Source: Lama guanicoe (Eukaryota). Taken from it: 64,000 nt of DNA. Positions 62,080 through 64,000 of this stretch are shown here, piece by piece. The stretch lies in NCBI GenBank assembly GCA_013239625.1, contig MU057344.1, forward strand, positions 1,428,276 to 1,492,275, given 5' to 3'. Each line of letters opens with the position of its first letter. Position 1 is the stretch's first letter. The notes under the pieces are model-generated. The model had not been told where the DNA came from and made no database searches. It was given only the letters and a program-made list of their open reading frames with translations. Position numbers and translations under genes: made by a program.

Positions 62080-62530
62080 ACATGCCGCGGGGGCGGGGCG
62101 GGACGCGCACCCCCCCTCGGGGGACGGCTCGGTCTGGCTTTCAGGTAGCGGCCTTTTGTCTGCTGCCCCGAGCTCGCCTGTCAGCCCCGCCGTCAGAGGC
62201 CTAATCTTTTTTTCTTCGCGGGCTGAAAAGGCCCAGCATCGCATCAGGCAACATGCCGCTGCCTATTCTGCTTCCCCGCGGAACCCAATCACCGGACAGC
62301 GCGGCCGCAATTCACTCCCCAGCCCGCCCTCTGCGGAGGTGGGCCGCCGCGGCGCTGCTCGCCCAGCAAGAGAAATCGTGTTCTCGAAATTAACTTCCAT
62401 TGAAAGGGAGGGAGGAAGAAAGGCTGATGGCCGGCGCGGGCGGGGGCGGCCGGGGCCTTGATAAATGTCAGGGCCGATAATTTGGGGGCTGTGATTAAGA
62501 TCTTATCTAGGTGGGAAGTAAACAGAAAAG
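62080..62530. promoter_or_regulatory. Small intronic CpG-rich patch with a GATA/FOX motif cluster
   Basis: CpG-dense segment followed by tgataa, cgataa, cttatct and gtaaaca. Confidence 0.5.
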
Positions 62531-64000
62531 ACTTTCATACAACTCCAGCCCCGTCCGTGCTCACCAACTCGGGAAGTTCCAGGGTTTTTCCATTTTTTGT
62601 CATTTCTCTTTTTTTTGGGCCCCTTTATTTTTTGGGTGGATCAGAGGGAAATCCCCAAAAGGCCTCGGTTAGCGGGAAAGGTGGACCCAGGGCATCCCTT
62701 GAGAGGATTAGACAGACCTGGGGAAGCGGGCGTTCTCCTCCAGCGACAAAGGGCAGTGGGTCCAGGAGAAAAGCCGCCTTTGTCTCCAAACTCCCGCTCG
62801 GAGGGAAATTCAGTGCCGAGCGGTGCCCGGCCTCCTGGCCTCCGCGTTCTGCTTTTCTTGAGTCAGGAACACGATTTTGCTGCAGTTAAAGTTTTCCTCA
62901 AATAAAACGAAACCAGAGCCCCGCGTGTGGACGGGGCTGGGAGGCGCGCTCCTCGTAAACGCTCAGCACTCAGGAGCCGCACCGCCTGCTTTTATGGGCC
63001 CCGCCGCCTCGTGCTCTGCTGTTTATTTTTGCTACCGATGACTTCAGTGCCTGGCGGCCTGAACCCCACGCCTAGGGCCTGGGCCCACGACCATCCACAC
63101 TGCGGCCCCCCAAGGCCACATTCCCGGAGGCAGGGCGGGCCGTGCCGCCCCCTCCCCTGAGGCTGGGAAGCTGCCCCGGGGCGGGGGGGGAGTCACACTT
63201 TATTGACGATCTATCTGAGGTCCACAGTGCCCCTCATGGGAGTCGTACAGGGAGGCGAAGTGGCCCCTCCAGGCCGACCTGGTGGCCGATGGGGCCTCCC
63301 GGTGGGAAGGGCCCCCGGGGACTGTGAGGTCAGGCGTGTAAAGGGCTCAGTCCGGGGCCCGCTGCTCGCTCCAGGCTCAGTGCATAGTTAGGACCAGGCG
63401 GGCCTCCCGAAGCCGGGCAGCGTCAGCCCTGTCCCCCGGCCCCCAGCCTGCCTGGGAACTGACTCGGTGCCCCTCCCTTGGGTCCGTCAGGAGGGCTGGT
63501 ACCCCTTCCTACCGGAGGCCGGAAGTCCCTGAGAGGGCCTGGGAGCCTGGACTCTGCAGAGGGGCCAGAGCAACCCCCCAGGTCTGCTTCTGTGTCCTGC
63601 CCTGGGCTGGAGGAGGGAGGGCAGGGGGGAGGGTGGCGAGTGGAGGGCAGGGAGGAGGAATGGGAGGATGAGGGAGGCTCTGAGGGGGACTCCGTCCCTG
63701 GTCTGCTCGACTGCCCGCAGCCGGGGTCTGAGCTGCAGCAACTCGGCACAGGGTGGATGCTGGGTAAAACGTGCAGGCTGGAGCAGACGCGTGACAGACG
63801 AGGCAGGGAGGCTGGCGGGAGAGGGGCGGCTGGGGTTGGGGCAGCTTGACAGCTTCTCACCCTGTGGGCAGGTGATGGCTTGTCCTGGGCATCGTGGGCG
63901 TCCAGCAGCACCCCTGGCCCCTACATACGGGATGCCCCCCCGGTGTGGATGCCCCTCGGCGTCTCCCCGCCCTGCCAGCGCCCTGGTCCCGGCAGGGAGG

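Larger units (their letters stand above)
22055..64000 (+). other. PRDM16: Probable PRDM16 gene 5' part: exon 1 inferred inside an N gap (most likely 22055-22378), then intron 1 to the window end
   Basis: Inference only. Three CpG islands at about -5 kb, across the TSS and about +4-5 kb, a divergent spliced antisense unit, a GC-rich subtelomere-like background, and more than 41 kb with no coding exon all match my unverified recollection of the human PRDM16 locus (short coding exon 1, intron 1 over 100 kb). The exon 1 sequence itself is not visible. Confidence 0.65.

Noticed and set aside
22055-64000. Alternative gene identities (CASZ1, ZFPM1, BAHCC1, NFATC1)
   Set aside because: The coding exons or neighbouring genes I would expect in range were not seen (for example ZFPM1 exon 2, upstream ZNF469, the large NFATC1 exon 2). 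Island spacing fits PRDM16 better. BLAST is needed to be final.
1-64000. Prokaryote-type systems (CRISPR arrays, operons, defence or retron loci)
   Set aside because: The sequence is mammalian and shows no regularly spaced repeat-spacer array or gene-dense operon.

Overview
Mammalian genomic DNA, very GC-rich and most likely camelid (alpaca, llama or camel), because it carries three Vic-1-type tRNA-derived SINEs. No protein-coding exon can be read directly. The long ORFs in the six-frame track are GC-rich artefacts or decayed LINE ORFs. The centre is a three-part CpG-island cluster (about 16.6-17.3, 20.4-24.3 and 25.8-27.2 kb), with five assembly gaps in the main island, followed by about 41 kb without a recognisable coding exon but with many short AT-rich, transcription-factor-motif-dense blocks. 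This layout best fits the 5' end of PRDM16 on the + strand: exon 1 hidden in an N gap, a very long intron 1, and the divergent lncRNA PRDM16-DT/LINC00982 on the - strand. That assignment is an inference from architecture and remembered human locus layout, not from an alignment. Upstream lie a decayed L1, a HAL1 relic, and L2, MIR, L1M and SINE copies; an MLT1 solo LTR lies downstream at about 54 kb. I cannot demonstrate a wholly new biological system. The best leads are a spliced divergent antisense transcript model, a strong-Kozak 106-aa ORF whose stop codon abuts its splice donor, and a series of candidate enhancers (CRE/E-box/NF-Y, homeodomain cluster, paired SOX-SMAD, paired TEAD).
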